Shown here: piece by piece, positions 45,705 to 54,180 of the stretch
Position numbering within the stretch: position 1 is the first letter of the stretch
How the letters are laid out: every line of letters starts with the position of its first letter
Source: Phycisphaerae bacterium
Lineage (GTDB): Bacteria; Planctomycetota; Phycisphaerae; UBA1845
Direction of reading: 5' to 3'
DNA length: 59,243 bases
Assembly (NCBI GenBank): GCA_029260235.1
Contig: JAJDDP010000112.1
Coordinates: 1 to 59,243, forward strand
Notes under the pieces: generated by a model
Seen by the model: only the letters and a program-made list of their open reading frames with translations
Database searches by the model: none
Told to the model about the DNA's origin: nothing
Position numbers and translations under genes: made by a program

Positions 45705-46370
45705 CTATGGATTGTTCACAAAATCAAATTCGTCGCAGGAAACAACTTCTGCCAGACCATTTGCGTAGGCAACGATCATCACAGCTTGGCCTAGCTTGAA
45801 TGCGTCATCCGCATGCTTTGACTTGGCGGTGATGAACCGCTCTCGCCCGCGAACCGCAACGGCGATCTCACCGCGCTGGCCCTTTTCGATGGCGCTGGCT
45901 ACACGGGCTTTCTTGTCGAGGAAATCCGCACTGACCGTAGTTCGGCCTCCGCTGGTTCGCTTGATCCAACGCATAATCTGATGGGCACCCTGCCCAAGAA
46001 CCAACCCAGCGCCAAGGGCTGATGCCAGGACCAACATGGGCGACATCGAATCTGAAGTCGACAACACCGTACCCACCAAACCAAACGCCGCCAGAAAAAA
46101 GACAACAAAGTTCATCGAAAACCACTCAGCCAACGAGAATCCGCCGACCGAGCCGCTCCCCATTCCCACGCCTTCGCCGCCCATATCGACATCGACGTCC
46201 AAGTCCATATCAATGTCGAAGCCGTCCATGTCAACGTCGGCATCGCCACCGAGGAGTGTTGAAATAAGTAGCATCCCGCCCCCGACGATTAGGCAGATTA
46301 CATATCCCATCGCCCAGCCGCTAAGCGCCGCCAGTGGCAGGTCTACAAGGTTGGCTGTCCAAACGTGCAT
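45705..46370 (-). CDS. NfeD-like membrane protein (YqiJ-type; TM region + C-terminal OB-fold), partner of the flotillin gene.
   Basis: Start at MHVWTANLV (ATG 46370, AGGAG 9 nt upstream). The ORF-track start 46625 would overlap the next gene. Acidic D/M-rich segment. C-terminal GEIAVAVRGRERFITAKS...MIVAYANGLAEV OB-like beta strands. Confidence 0.65.
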   Translation of the reverse strand: MHVWTANLVDLPLAALSGWAMGYVICLIVGGGMLLISTLLGGDADVDMDGFDIDMDLDVDVDMGGEGVGMGSGSVGGFSLAEWFSMNFVVFFLAAFGLVGTVLSTSDSMSPMLVLASALGAGLVLGQGAHQIMRWIKRTSGGRTTVSADFLDKKARVASAIEKGQRGEIAVAVRGRERFITAKSKHADDAFKLGQAVMIVAYANGLAEVVSCDEFDFVNNP

Positions 46371-46527
46371 CGCCCGTGGCTCCTGTTCAAGAAGTGACAG
46401 ATAGGACAAAGCGGATGCTTCGGTCCCTAATAGAAGCCTACCACGCAAAAGGCACGTCGGCCATTTGAAAATCAAGTTTGTTTCATAACCAGCGACAACA
46501 ACCGACGACCCAAGGCCCCGAAACGCC

Positions 46528-47328
46528 TCAAGAACCAACGGAATCACCCCAGTAGTCGGCGTAGGTCTTCGGCGTTTCGTAGACCCGAACTCGGTGCAAC
46601 TTGGCTGGGCCAAAACATCCGTCAAGTAGAGCCCAAATGACGCGGGTAATGTTTTCCACCGTCGGATTCAAATGGTCGAATTCCGAGCAGTCAGTGTTGA
46701 GATGTTTGTGATCCAAGCGGTCGATGACCTGCTCCTGGACCGTTCGTTGAAATTCACGGTGATCGGTGATCGCACCGGATTGACCGTCGGGTTTGCCAGC
46801 CACACTGATTTCGACGACGTAGTTATGCCCGTGGCCATTCGGATTGGAACACTTGCCAAACAGCTCGAGGTTTTCTTCATCGCTAAGCCCCGAGCAACAC
46901 AAGCGGTGCGAGGCAGAAAACTCGAATGATTCGGTTAGTACGATCACCAGAAGCCTGCCTCTCGAAACGCAGAAGTGCTGGAAGGGAGTGGTGTGCAGCT
47001 CCAGCGATTCCAGTTTGACGCTGGCCAGTGTCCGATCCTCTAAGCTACCCCAAACCGAAAGCAGTGCCGATGCCCCCGGCAGGCAGCCACCCGGAGCGTT
47101 CGCCCACGCTTCTTGAAGATGCGGAATCGCCACCTCGCGGAGAAGACGATCCATGGCCGTGATGTTGCATAGAAATCCGGTCTTCGCATCGGCTGTCCCA
47201 CTAATCGTAGCCCGAAGCAGCAGAAACGGCACAATGCCATCACAAGCAGGCCAACCAGCCCAAGAATTGAGCGGAGGCTGATCCAGCCCGCCAGAAAGAC
47301 AAAACCGCACTTCGCGCGTCAGTCTCAT
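46528..47328 (-). CDS. Two-domain 6-pyruvoyl-tetrahydropterin synthase (PTPS/QueD T-fold) family protein.
   Basis: C-terminal domain FEFSASHRLC...CSNPNGHGHNYVVEI...DHKHLN...VRVYETPKTYADY matches the PTPS zinc/catalytic motifs (eukaryote-like CxNPNGHGHNY). The N-terminal half is a second degenerate T-fold. Start at MRLTREVRF (ATG 47328). Confidence 0.6.
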   Translation of the reverse strand: MRLTREVRFCLSGGLDQPPLNSWAGWPACDGIVPFLLLRATISGTADAKTGFLCNITAMDRLLREVAIPHLQEAWANAPGGCLPGASALLSVWGSLEDRTLASVKLESLELHTTPFQHFCVSRGRLLVIVLTESFEFSASHRLCCSGLSDEENLELFGKCSNPNGHGHNYVVEISVAGKPDGQSGAITDHREFQRTVQEQVIDRLDHKHLNTDCSEFDHLNPTVENITRVIWALLDGCFGPAKLHRVRVYETPKTYADYWGDSVGS

Positions 47329-47403
47329 ACGCAGGATTGTAGGGCTGCACTTCGGAGCCGCCAATAACCAACGCCACCTTGAATCAGGGCGAGGTCAAGC
47401 CGG

Positions 47404-48348
47404 TCAATTCTGAGCAAACAGCGGCGTCGATAGATACCGTTCTCCGAAGCTGGCTAGCACGACGATGATGGTTTTGCCCTTGTTCTCGGGGCGATGGGCT
47501 ACTTCGTTGGCTGCACAGAGGGCGGCTCCTGATGAAATGCCGCAGAGGATGCCTTCCTGCTTGGCGGCGCGTCGGCCCCACTCGAAGGCATCTTCACTGC
47601 TGACCAAGCAGACGTCGTCTATGATGTCCAAGTTCAAGACGCCAGGAATAAATCCGGCTCCGATGCCCTGGATCATGTGTTTGCCAGGGGCAAGCTTTTC
47701 GCCGTTTCGAGCCTGAGTGATCACCGGGGAGGTGGAAGGTTCGACCGCAATACACTTGAAATCTGGCTTGCGCGATTTGAGTACCTCGCCCACGCCCGTG
47801 ATGGTGCCACCCGTGCCAACGCCAGACACCAAGATGTCGGCTTTTCCGTCGGTGTCCCCCCAGATTTCCTCTGCGGTGGTCTTGCGGTGGACCTCAGGGT
47901 TGGCGGGGTTGTCGAACTGCTGGGGCATGAACGCGTTGCTGTTCTTCTTGACCAATTCTTCGGCGGCGCGGATGGCTCCGGGCATGCCCTCATCGCGCGG
48001 GGTGAGCACCAGGTCCGAACCCAAAGACTGCAAGACCTGCCGGCGTTCCACCGACATGCTTTCTGGCATGGTTAGCGTTAGGTTGTAGCCTTTGGCGGCA
48101 CAGACATAGGCCAAGGCGATGCCGGTGTTCCCCGAAGTCGGTTCGATGATCTTGGTGTCTTTGGTGATTTTGCCGTCCCGCTCAGCCGCTGCGATCATGG
48201 CTACGCCGATGCGATCTTTTACGCTGGTTAGCGGGTTGAAGAATTCGAGCTTCGCGTACACATCAGCCGGAGCGTCAATGATCCGCTGAATTTTGACCAG
48301 CGGTGTATGTCCGACGGTGCAGGTAATGTCTGGATGCAGATTGGCCAT
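47404..48348 (-). CDS. cysK: Cysteine synthase (O-acetylserine/O-phosphoserine sulfhydrylase; CysK/CysM family, PLP-dependent).
   Basis: PLP-lysine region [15 protein letters not shown]. Glycine loop [22 protein letters not shown]. Confidence 0.9.
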   Translation of the reverse strand: MANLHPDITCTVGHTPLVKIQRIIDAPADVYAKLEFFNPLTSVKDRIGVAMIAAAERDGKITKDTKIIEPTSGNTGIALAYVCAAKGYNLTLTMPESMSVERRQVLQSLGSDLVLTPRDEGMPGAIRAAEELVKKNSNAFMPQQFDNPANPEVHRKTTAEEIWGDTDGKADILVSGVGTGGTITGVGEVLKSRKPDFKCIAVEPSTSPVITQARNGEKLAPGKHMIQGIGAGFIPGVLNLDIIDDVCLVSSEDAFEWGRRAAKQEGILCGISSGAALCAANEVAHRPENKGKTIIVVLASFGERYLSTPLFAQN

Positions 48349-48447
48349 GACCTATGAACTCCCAAATTCCGTGTACACGCCCGCTTGGTGTGTGATCAAG
48401 CGACGAGGTTAGGCCCGCCAGCCATGAGTGTCAAACCCTCAGCTGCA

Positions 48448-48924
48448 TCAAGATACGGTCAGCTCAACGGCTGAAAACTGCTCCGCCGCATTGGCTAGGC
48501 GCCACGCCGTCGCACCCACCACTTCGCCATTGCGGACCCCTAAGATCAAGTAGAGCTTTTCTTGCCAAGCCCCAGCCAAGTCCACCGAAGAAGGCGCCGT
48601 CGAGCCGTCCGGATGAGAATGGTAGAATCCGACAAGTGACAGGCCGCCATTCATCCCGGATCGCAGGGCTGAGAAGGTGACGGTCGGCTCGATTTCGTAG
48701 GCCTGGGTTCTGTCGGATGGATGAACGTTGATCGCAGGCTGGACGCGTTCGATCATCACGGTGTCCGCATGGATAATGCCGAGCAGTAGGCCACAACATT
48801 CCAGTGGGGCGTCAGCCAAGGCGTGTTCGACAATCGAGCTGAACAAGGTTGGCCCAATTCTCACGCTCATGGGACTCCGCTGGGAAGGGCATATCGTCGG
48901 CAACTGGCGATCCTCAACGGTCAT
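48448..48924 (-). CDS. JAMM/MPN+ metalloprotease of the Mec+ (CysO-cysteine hydrolase)-like type.
   Basis: HEHALADAPLECCGLLLG, NVHPSDRTQAYEIEP and FYHSHPDGSTAPSSVD correspond to the E...ECG, HS/Y-H and SxxD JAMM motifs, as in M. tuberculosis Mec+. Start at MTVEDRQ (ATG 48924, GAGGA 6 nt upstream). The ORF-track start 49197 is probably too long. Confidence 0.65.
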   Translation of the reverse strand: MTVEDRQLPTICPSQRSPMSVRIGPTLFSSIVEHALADAPLECCGLLLGIIHADTVMIERVQPAINVHPSDRTQAYEIEPTVTFSALRSGMNGGLSLVGFYHSHPDGSTAPSSVDLAGAWQEKLYLILGVRNGEVVGATAWRLANAAEQFSAVELTVS

Positions 48925-49077
48925 AGCCATTCCTCGATCCTGCGAGGCGGAACCAGCCCATCGCAGGCTGTGCTGGTGAACATCGCAGTGGGGATTTGCC
49001 AGCCTGGCTCCTGCACTTGCTCTTGATTGTGTCTCGGCTATAGTGCGGCAGAATTCTGCGTTCTTGAAAGGGTGAGT

Positions 49078-49272
49078 ATGAATATGAATGACCGCCGCAT
49101 TCGGATAGCTCGACGCGTTGTACTGGTGATGGCTGCACTGCCCCTTCTCCAAGTGGGCTCTTGTGCTCCCCAGTTCATCGCCTCGGCGTTCGCTCAAGGA
49201 ACAGCCTTTCAGGTCTCCACCTTTTTGGCTACCTCGCTTGAAACCGTCTTCTTCAACGCACTAGGCCTGTAA
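49078..49272 (+). CDS. Small hypothetical secreted/membrane protein (64 aa).
   Basis: GAAAGGG RBS 6 nt upstream of ATG. N-terminal MNMNDRRIRIARRVVLVMAALPLLQVGSCA signal-like segment. No homology recognised. Confidence 0.3.
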   Translation: MNMNDRRIRIARRVVLVMAALPLLQVGSCAPQFIASAFAQGTAFQVSTFLATSLETVFFNALGL

Positions 49273-49319
49273 GTCGCTGCTGCCAAAGCAACGCCGGCGG
49301 CTCGACAAGCAGAGGCAGG

Positions 49320-50639
49320 CTAGGCCCGAACTATCTTGGACCGCCCTGTCTTGACGGTTGCGGCTGCATTCCGCGTGTCAATGACCAGCTTGGCGTGCTT
49401 GACCAGCCATGCGTAGTCGTAGTCGTCGTGGTCCGTGGCGATGAGCACGCAGTCATACCCAGCCACCATCTTGGCTGACAGCTTCTTGCTCGACATCTTC
49501 AAGTCGTATTCCCGCATCTTGTGGGTCCGCGGGATGTAGGGGTCATTGTAATCAACCTTCGCCCCCCGTTCGGTCAGCAACTCGATCAGCTCTAGCGACG
49601 GAGATTCCCGGCAGTCGTCGATGTTCTTCTTGTAGGCCAGCCCCAGGAGCAGAATCTCGGAACCATTGAGCGGCTTCTTACGATCATTCAGCGCCTCAGC
49701 CGTGCGGGCAACCACATACTCTGGCATCTGCGTGTTGATCTCACCAGCCAGCTCGATGAACCGGGTGGACATCCCCACGCTTCGGGCTTTCCAGGTGAGG
49801 TAAAAGGGGTCGATGGGAATGCAATGGCCGCCCAAGCCAGGGCCGGGATAAAACGGTTGGAATCCGAATGGCTTGGTCGCAGCAGCCCGCACCACTTCCC
49901 ACACGTTGATGTCCAGCTTGTCGAACAGCACCTTCATTTCGTTCATCAAGGCGATGTTGACGCATCGGTAGACATTCTCAAGAATTTTGCACGCCTCGGC
50001 CACATCGCAGCTATCCACTGGTACGACATGGCTGATGGCCGCCGCGTAGAGCGCCGCCGCCAACTTCTTGCTCGCCGGGCCTAGACCACCCACGACTTTG
50101 GGAATGGTAGACGTGTTGTAGTCCTTCCGCCCCGGATCCTCTCGCTCGGGAGAATAGGCTAGGAAGAAGTCCTTCTCAGCCTTGAGGCCGCTGCTTTCCA
50201 GGATGGGCTGGACCAATTCGCGTGTAGTCCCCGGATAGGTTGTGCTCTCCAGTACAACCAGCTGACCCGGCTGAAGGTGCTCGGCAATCATCTCTGCCGT
50301 GCTGACCACATAGCTCATGTCCGGGTCACGCGTGTTATTCAGAGGAGTCGGGACGCAGATGAGGATTGCCGAGCACTTGCGAAGGTCGCGAGGATTGGTG
50401 GTCGCTTTGAATGCCTTCTTGGCCACCAGCTCCTTGAGGAGCTTCGATCCAATATGCTTGATGTAGCTCTTGCCGGCGTTGAGCATCTTGACTTTGCTCG
50501 CATCGACATCCAGGCCAACGCAGCGGAAGCCCGCTTGGCAGAAGGTCTGCATCAATGGCAACCCGACGTATCCCATGCCGACGATACCAACGGGGGCTTT
50601 TCGATCTTCGATTCGCTGCACAAGTGTCTTGACGTTCAC
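49320..50639 (-). CDS. UDP-sugar 6-dehydrogenase family protein (UDP-glucose / UDP-N-acetyl-D-glucosamine(mannosamine) dehydrogenase).
   Basis: N-terminal Rossmann VGIVGMGYVGLPL. Catalytic-Cys region GPGLGGHCIPIDPFYL. GTG start at 50639 with a GAAAGGA RBS. The ORF-track start 50678 is 13 codons longer. Confidence 0.8.
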   Translation of the reverse strand: MNVKTLVQRIEDRKAPVGIVGMGYVGLPLMQTFCQAGFRCVGLDVDASKVKMLNAGKSYIKHIGSKLLKELVAKKAFKATTNPRDLRKCSAILICVPTPLNNTRDPDMSYVVSTAEMIAEHLQPGQLVVLESTTYPGTTRELVQPILESSGLKAEKDFFLAYSPEREDPGRKDYNTSTIPKVVGGLGPASKKLAAALYAAAISHVVPVDSCDVAEACKILENVYRCVNIALMNEMKVLFDKLDINVWEVVRAAATKPFGFQPFYPGPGLGGHCIPIDPFYLTWKARSVGMSTRFIELAGEINTQMPEYVVARTAEALNDRKKPLNGSEILLLGLAYKKNIDDCRESPSLELIELLTERGAKVDYNDPYIPRTHKMREYDLKMSSKKLSAKMVAGYDCVLIATDHDDYDYAWLVKHAKLVIDTRNAAATVKTGRSKIVRA

Positions 50640-50803
50640 GCAAGAGATCCTTTCTGAATCCAATGTCAAACAATTCACGGGCTGGGATGATAAGAGGACG
50701 CCTCCCCGGCGTCCATCTTAGACTAGAACCAAACTACCGCGGTCTGGTCGGTGCGGGCGGCGAGCTCAACGGCATCCGCACTAAGGTGGCACAGGTTATC
50801 GGA

Positions 50804-52414
50804 TCATTCGAGGTAGGTTTGGCTGCCCGGCGCGATGGTGGGGTAGTCCGTCGATCCGCTCTTCAGATCGGCGGCATCCATGGCCAAGATGGGGCTGATT
50901 TCCACGGTGCAGTCGGGGTCGCCGCTCGTTGTTCTGGGAATCTCAACCCCGCAGTCCTCAAGCCACCGCGCCGCCCGGCTGCTCTGGTCTTGCCGTGAAG
51001 TTTCCGGGCTGTCTGCGCCGGTGGCATTCTTGATAGGGCTAAATACCTCGCCACGCGTCGATTGCAGGAGAAGTGGATTCTTCGCCAGGGGCAATGTGTC
51101 GAATACGAACATCTCGAACTTGAACGCATTTGGCTGAGTCGGCTCGACCATCTTGCCTGTGACGATGTCAATATGTGGCACTATCTTCTTGGCCCGATGC
51201 CACGGCAAGGAAACATCAGAACCAGCCCGTGTCAACAATTCCAGGAAAGATTGGCTCAAGACATGCACAGCGATATTGGCAGCGTCATACGTCCGCGTGC
51301 CGTCGGCATTCTTAACTACGGCCAACTCGGCTGGTAGGTCGGAGTACTCCACTACGCTCAGCTTACCGCCCACCAAGGCGAACACACCCACCGGCTCTTC
51401 GTCGAAGGCTTTGCCAATGGTCAAACTCGATGCTTGTGACTTGCTCTCTTGATGAAGCCCAAGCAGCAGCGGATCAATCGGCTTGACCAACGGGTTATCG
51501 ACCTGGAAGTAGCTAAGAAGTTCCACGCCGTTAGAGGCCATGTCGCTAAGAGCGCCGCTGGCTGCGAGGGCCCGAATCGTGCCACCATGACCGTCCGGCG
51601 ACAGGGCTACGCGATGCTTCTTAGCCAGCAGAATATGCCCGTCTTGATCGACGGCGGGCATCACGCCTTGGGTGAAGAAGAAGACCTGCTCGGGGTCGAG
51701 CCCAAAATGGCCATGGGCATCGAAGAATCGCTTGGTCTGGGCGTCATTGTCCGGAGAGGTCATCACGTACCATCGAACCTGGTGGCCAAACCGCCGCTCA
51801 GCTGCCAAGAGCGATTCAGCGAAGAGTTGAAACAGCGGCTTATGCTTGATCGGGGAGGCGGGGAAGGCGCCCTTAGGGCCATCAAAGCCCAGACGCGTAC
51901 CTTGGCCCCCAGCCACCACCATGGCAGCGACCTTTCCGGCAGAGACAAGGTCTTTGCCACACTGAACAGCTGAGGCATATCGCTCCCGCTCTTCGGGAGA
52001 CCGAGAGTTGGCCGGCTTGCACGGCGGAGGGCGAAGATCAACTGGCGGCTTCGCTTCAGCCGTCGGGTCAAGATGCTCTGCGATCAGATCACCTACCAAC
52101 GCAAAATCAATCCGGGCGACATCAGCCAACAGCGCCTCACGCTGCGGCTGGTCAAGCACTTCCCAATAGGCAAACAGGTGGGCCTGCCCAGCCTCACGCG
52201 CCGTCTTACTGAGTTGGTCGAAATCTATGAACAAACATCCACTCCAACAAAAAAGGTGAACAAGAAAGGTGTCAGGAAGATTTATCAGGCCGCCTATCCA
52301 CACTCCAGGCGTTTCTGGGCTAGTCAATTTGTCCATGCGCAGCCAACGGCTGTCGTTCAGAGTTTGAAGTGCAGTGTTATCCGGCTGCACTGAATAGAGG
52401 CCGTAGGCTGGCAC
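50804..52414 (-). CDS. UDPGP-family nucleotidyltransferase, eukaryotic-type UDP-N-acetylglucosamine (UDP-sugar) pyrophosphorylase (UAP1/AGX-like).
   Basis: Signature AAMVVAGGQGTRLGFDGPKG. N-terminal HLFAYWEVLDQPQREALLADVARIDF. Mid-domain VMTSPDNDAQTKRFF. Size 536 aa. The start (52414 vs 52336) is unresolved. Confidence 0.75.
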   Translation of the reverse strand: MPAYGLYSVQPDNTALQTLNDSRWLRMDKLTSPETPGVWIGGLINLPDTFLVHLFCWSGCLFIDFDQLSKTAREAGQAHLFAYWEVLDQPQREALLADVARIDFALVGDLIAEHLDPTAEAKPPVDLRPPPCKPANSRSPEERERYASAVQCGKDLVSAGKVAAMVVAGGQGTRLGFDGPKGAFPASPIKHKPLFQLFAESLLAAERRFGHQVRWYVMTSPDNDAQTKRFFDAHGHFGLDPEQVFFFTQGVMPAVDQDGHILLAKKHRVALSPDGHGGTIRALAASGALSDMASNGVELLSYFQVDNPLVKPIDPLLLGLHQESKSQASSLTIGKAFDEEPVGVFALVGGKLSVVEYSDLPAELAVVKNADGTRTYDAANIAVHVLSQSFLELLTRAGSDVSLPWHRAKKIVPHIDIVTGKMVEPTQPNAFKFEMFVFDTLPLAKNPLLLQSTRGEVFSPIKNATGADSPETSRQDQSSRAARWLEDCGVEIPRTTSGDPDCTVEISPILAMDAADLKSGSTDYPTIAPGSQTYLE

Positions 52415-52626
52415 CGTAAGCTACTCGCGCATGAGGTTGGTCTCCAACAGCCTTCAGAGATCGCGATCCTCGGACATCCGTGTGACGCTGTAGCCATCCA
52501 AGGCACACGCACAGTACCCGGCCCAAACAGGCCACGCAACGGCGAACAGTTGCGGCTAACGGAGCTTCTAAGATCTTCGTGGTTGGCCTGACGCCTTTTC
52601 CTGGCCGTCGCTGTCTCGTTGCTGGT

Positions 52627-53829
52627 TCAGCCTCCACGACATAGGCAGGCGTGGACGGCGCGGCGTAGTGCGTTTTCTCTGGGATCGTTCCAGAAGTTGA
52701 GGCCCATTTTGTTGCTGGCGTAAGCGAACCCAATTTGCGAATCGGGGTCGCCGTAGCCGGAGGGTCCACCCACGCCATATGTTCCAAAGGCCCTTGAGCT
52801 GCTGCCAAAGCGAAAGAATGACGATGGCTGCATGAATCCGCGGGAGTATGCTGAATCGACCTGGAGTACCATGTCGCGGGACCCTTGAGTCGGTGTCGCC
52901 GAAGGCAAGGTCATAGCAGGATTGTCAAGACGTAGCCGATGTCCGCCCGACACGAACTCATCGTACGCCCGGGCGACGCTCCTGACTTGTCCGATTCCAT
53001 TGCCTGACGGAATCTCCACCGCACGGAGAGGCGGACGACCTATATCGGTTGGGCTCCTTGGCCAGGGATTCATCAACGCGCGAAAGCTCAGCGACCACGG
53101 GCGGGGAAACATCAGGGCAAATCGCGGGGGACTCCACCGCAAGCTACGCAACGCTTGGATTGGTCCAATTCCTTTGATCTCGGCGATACGTTCCTCCGGC
53201 ACGTTGGTGGGTGTTCCGATGTAGAACTCCAGACCCAGCGGCTGGGCAACCTCTTCCTGAAAAAACCGACCGAGTGTTCTCTGTTTGGGGTCCACGCGGC
53301 TGATCAGTTCATTTTCCAGCCAACCTATCGTCCAGCAATGATAGCCGTGCCGGGTGCCTGGCTCCCAGACAGGGCGCTGTCGGGCTAGCAGGGCAGCCAT
53401 ATAGTCCGCATCAGCGATCCGCTCGGCATTCAGGATCTCATCTACAACACACAGGCCGGCCTGATGTGCCAACAATTGTTCAACGGTGATGTGTTGTTTT
53501 CCATGCTGCGCGAACTCAGGCCAATAGGTTGCTACCTTCTCCTCCCACGAGAACAAGCCGCGTGCCCGCGCAACCGCCAGAGCCATGGCTGCAAGTCCCT
53601 TCGTGGCTGAAAAAACCAGCACAAGCGTATCCTGCTCCCAAGGCGCACGGATTCTGGGGTCTCGGAATCCGCCCCAGAGGTCCACGATTGCCTGGCCGCG
53701 GCGGTAGACCGCACAGGCTGCGCCAAGTTCGCCCCGCTCGAGGAAATTGCGCTCAAACTCGTCTGCGACTTCTTCGAATCCGCTGGCGACTGTTCCCTGG
53801 GTGATATTTCCTAACGATGGTCCAGGCAA
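52627..53829 (-). CDS. Serine hydrolase of the beta-lactamase/transpeptidase superfamily (class C beta-lactamase / esterase EstB-like).
   Basis: S-x-x-K motif VFSATKGLAAMA. Y-x-N-like region HGYHCWTIGW. PF00144-like length of 400 aa. Confidence 0.75.
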   Translation of the reverse strand: MPGPSLGNITQGTVASGFEEVADEFERNFLERGELGAACAVYRRGQAIVDLWGGFRDPRIRAPWEQDTLVLVFSATKGLAAMALAVARARGLFSWEEKVATYWPEFAQHGKQHITVEQLLAHQAGLCVVDEILNAERIADADYMAALLARQRPVWEPGTRHGYHCWTIGWLENELISRVDPKQRTLGRFFQEEVAQPLGLEFYIGTPTNVPEERIAEIKGIGPIQALRSLRWSPPRFALMFPRPWSLSFRALMNPWPRSPTDIGRPPLRAVEIPSGNGIGQVRSVARAYDEFVSGGHRLRLDNPAMTLPSATPTQGSRDMVLQVDSAYSRGFMQPSSFFRFGSSSRAFGTYGVGGPSGYGDPDSQIGFAYASNKMGLNFWNDPRENALRRAVHACLCRGG

Positions 53830-54180
53830 GATCGCTCTCCTGTCGCGCCGTTTCGTGATCGGCGTAAGGGATGCACAAGTATCAGCCTATCCGATCCTGC
53901 CCCTTGTGGCTTCGTTCATTGTCCAAGGTTATTCACTTCGGTCGCGGAGAAACTCTGTAAAAATGCCGTCGTATGAGGAGGAGCAGCCGCAAAGCAGGTG
54001 AGCCTGCAGGGCGCATGTCATACTGGTCGTCATGACGGGCCCTCCTGCGGTTACAAAATTCGACGATTCGCATGGCTGATTTCGCATCCGGCATGTGTGC
54101 TGCTATGATGGTCTCTTACGGGCTGACGGCTGGAGGGCCCCGTTCTTGGCCCCTCTTCTTGGGCAATGTCGGGAGACACG

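Noticed and set aside
52073-52393. 106-aa plus-strand ORF
   Set aside because: It is antisense to the N-terminal region of the UAP1-like gene.
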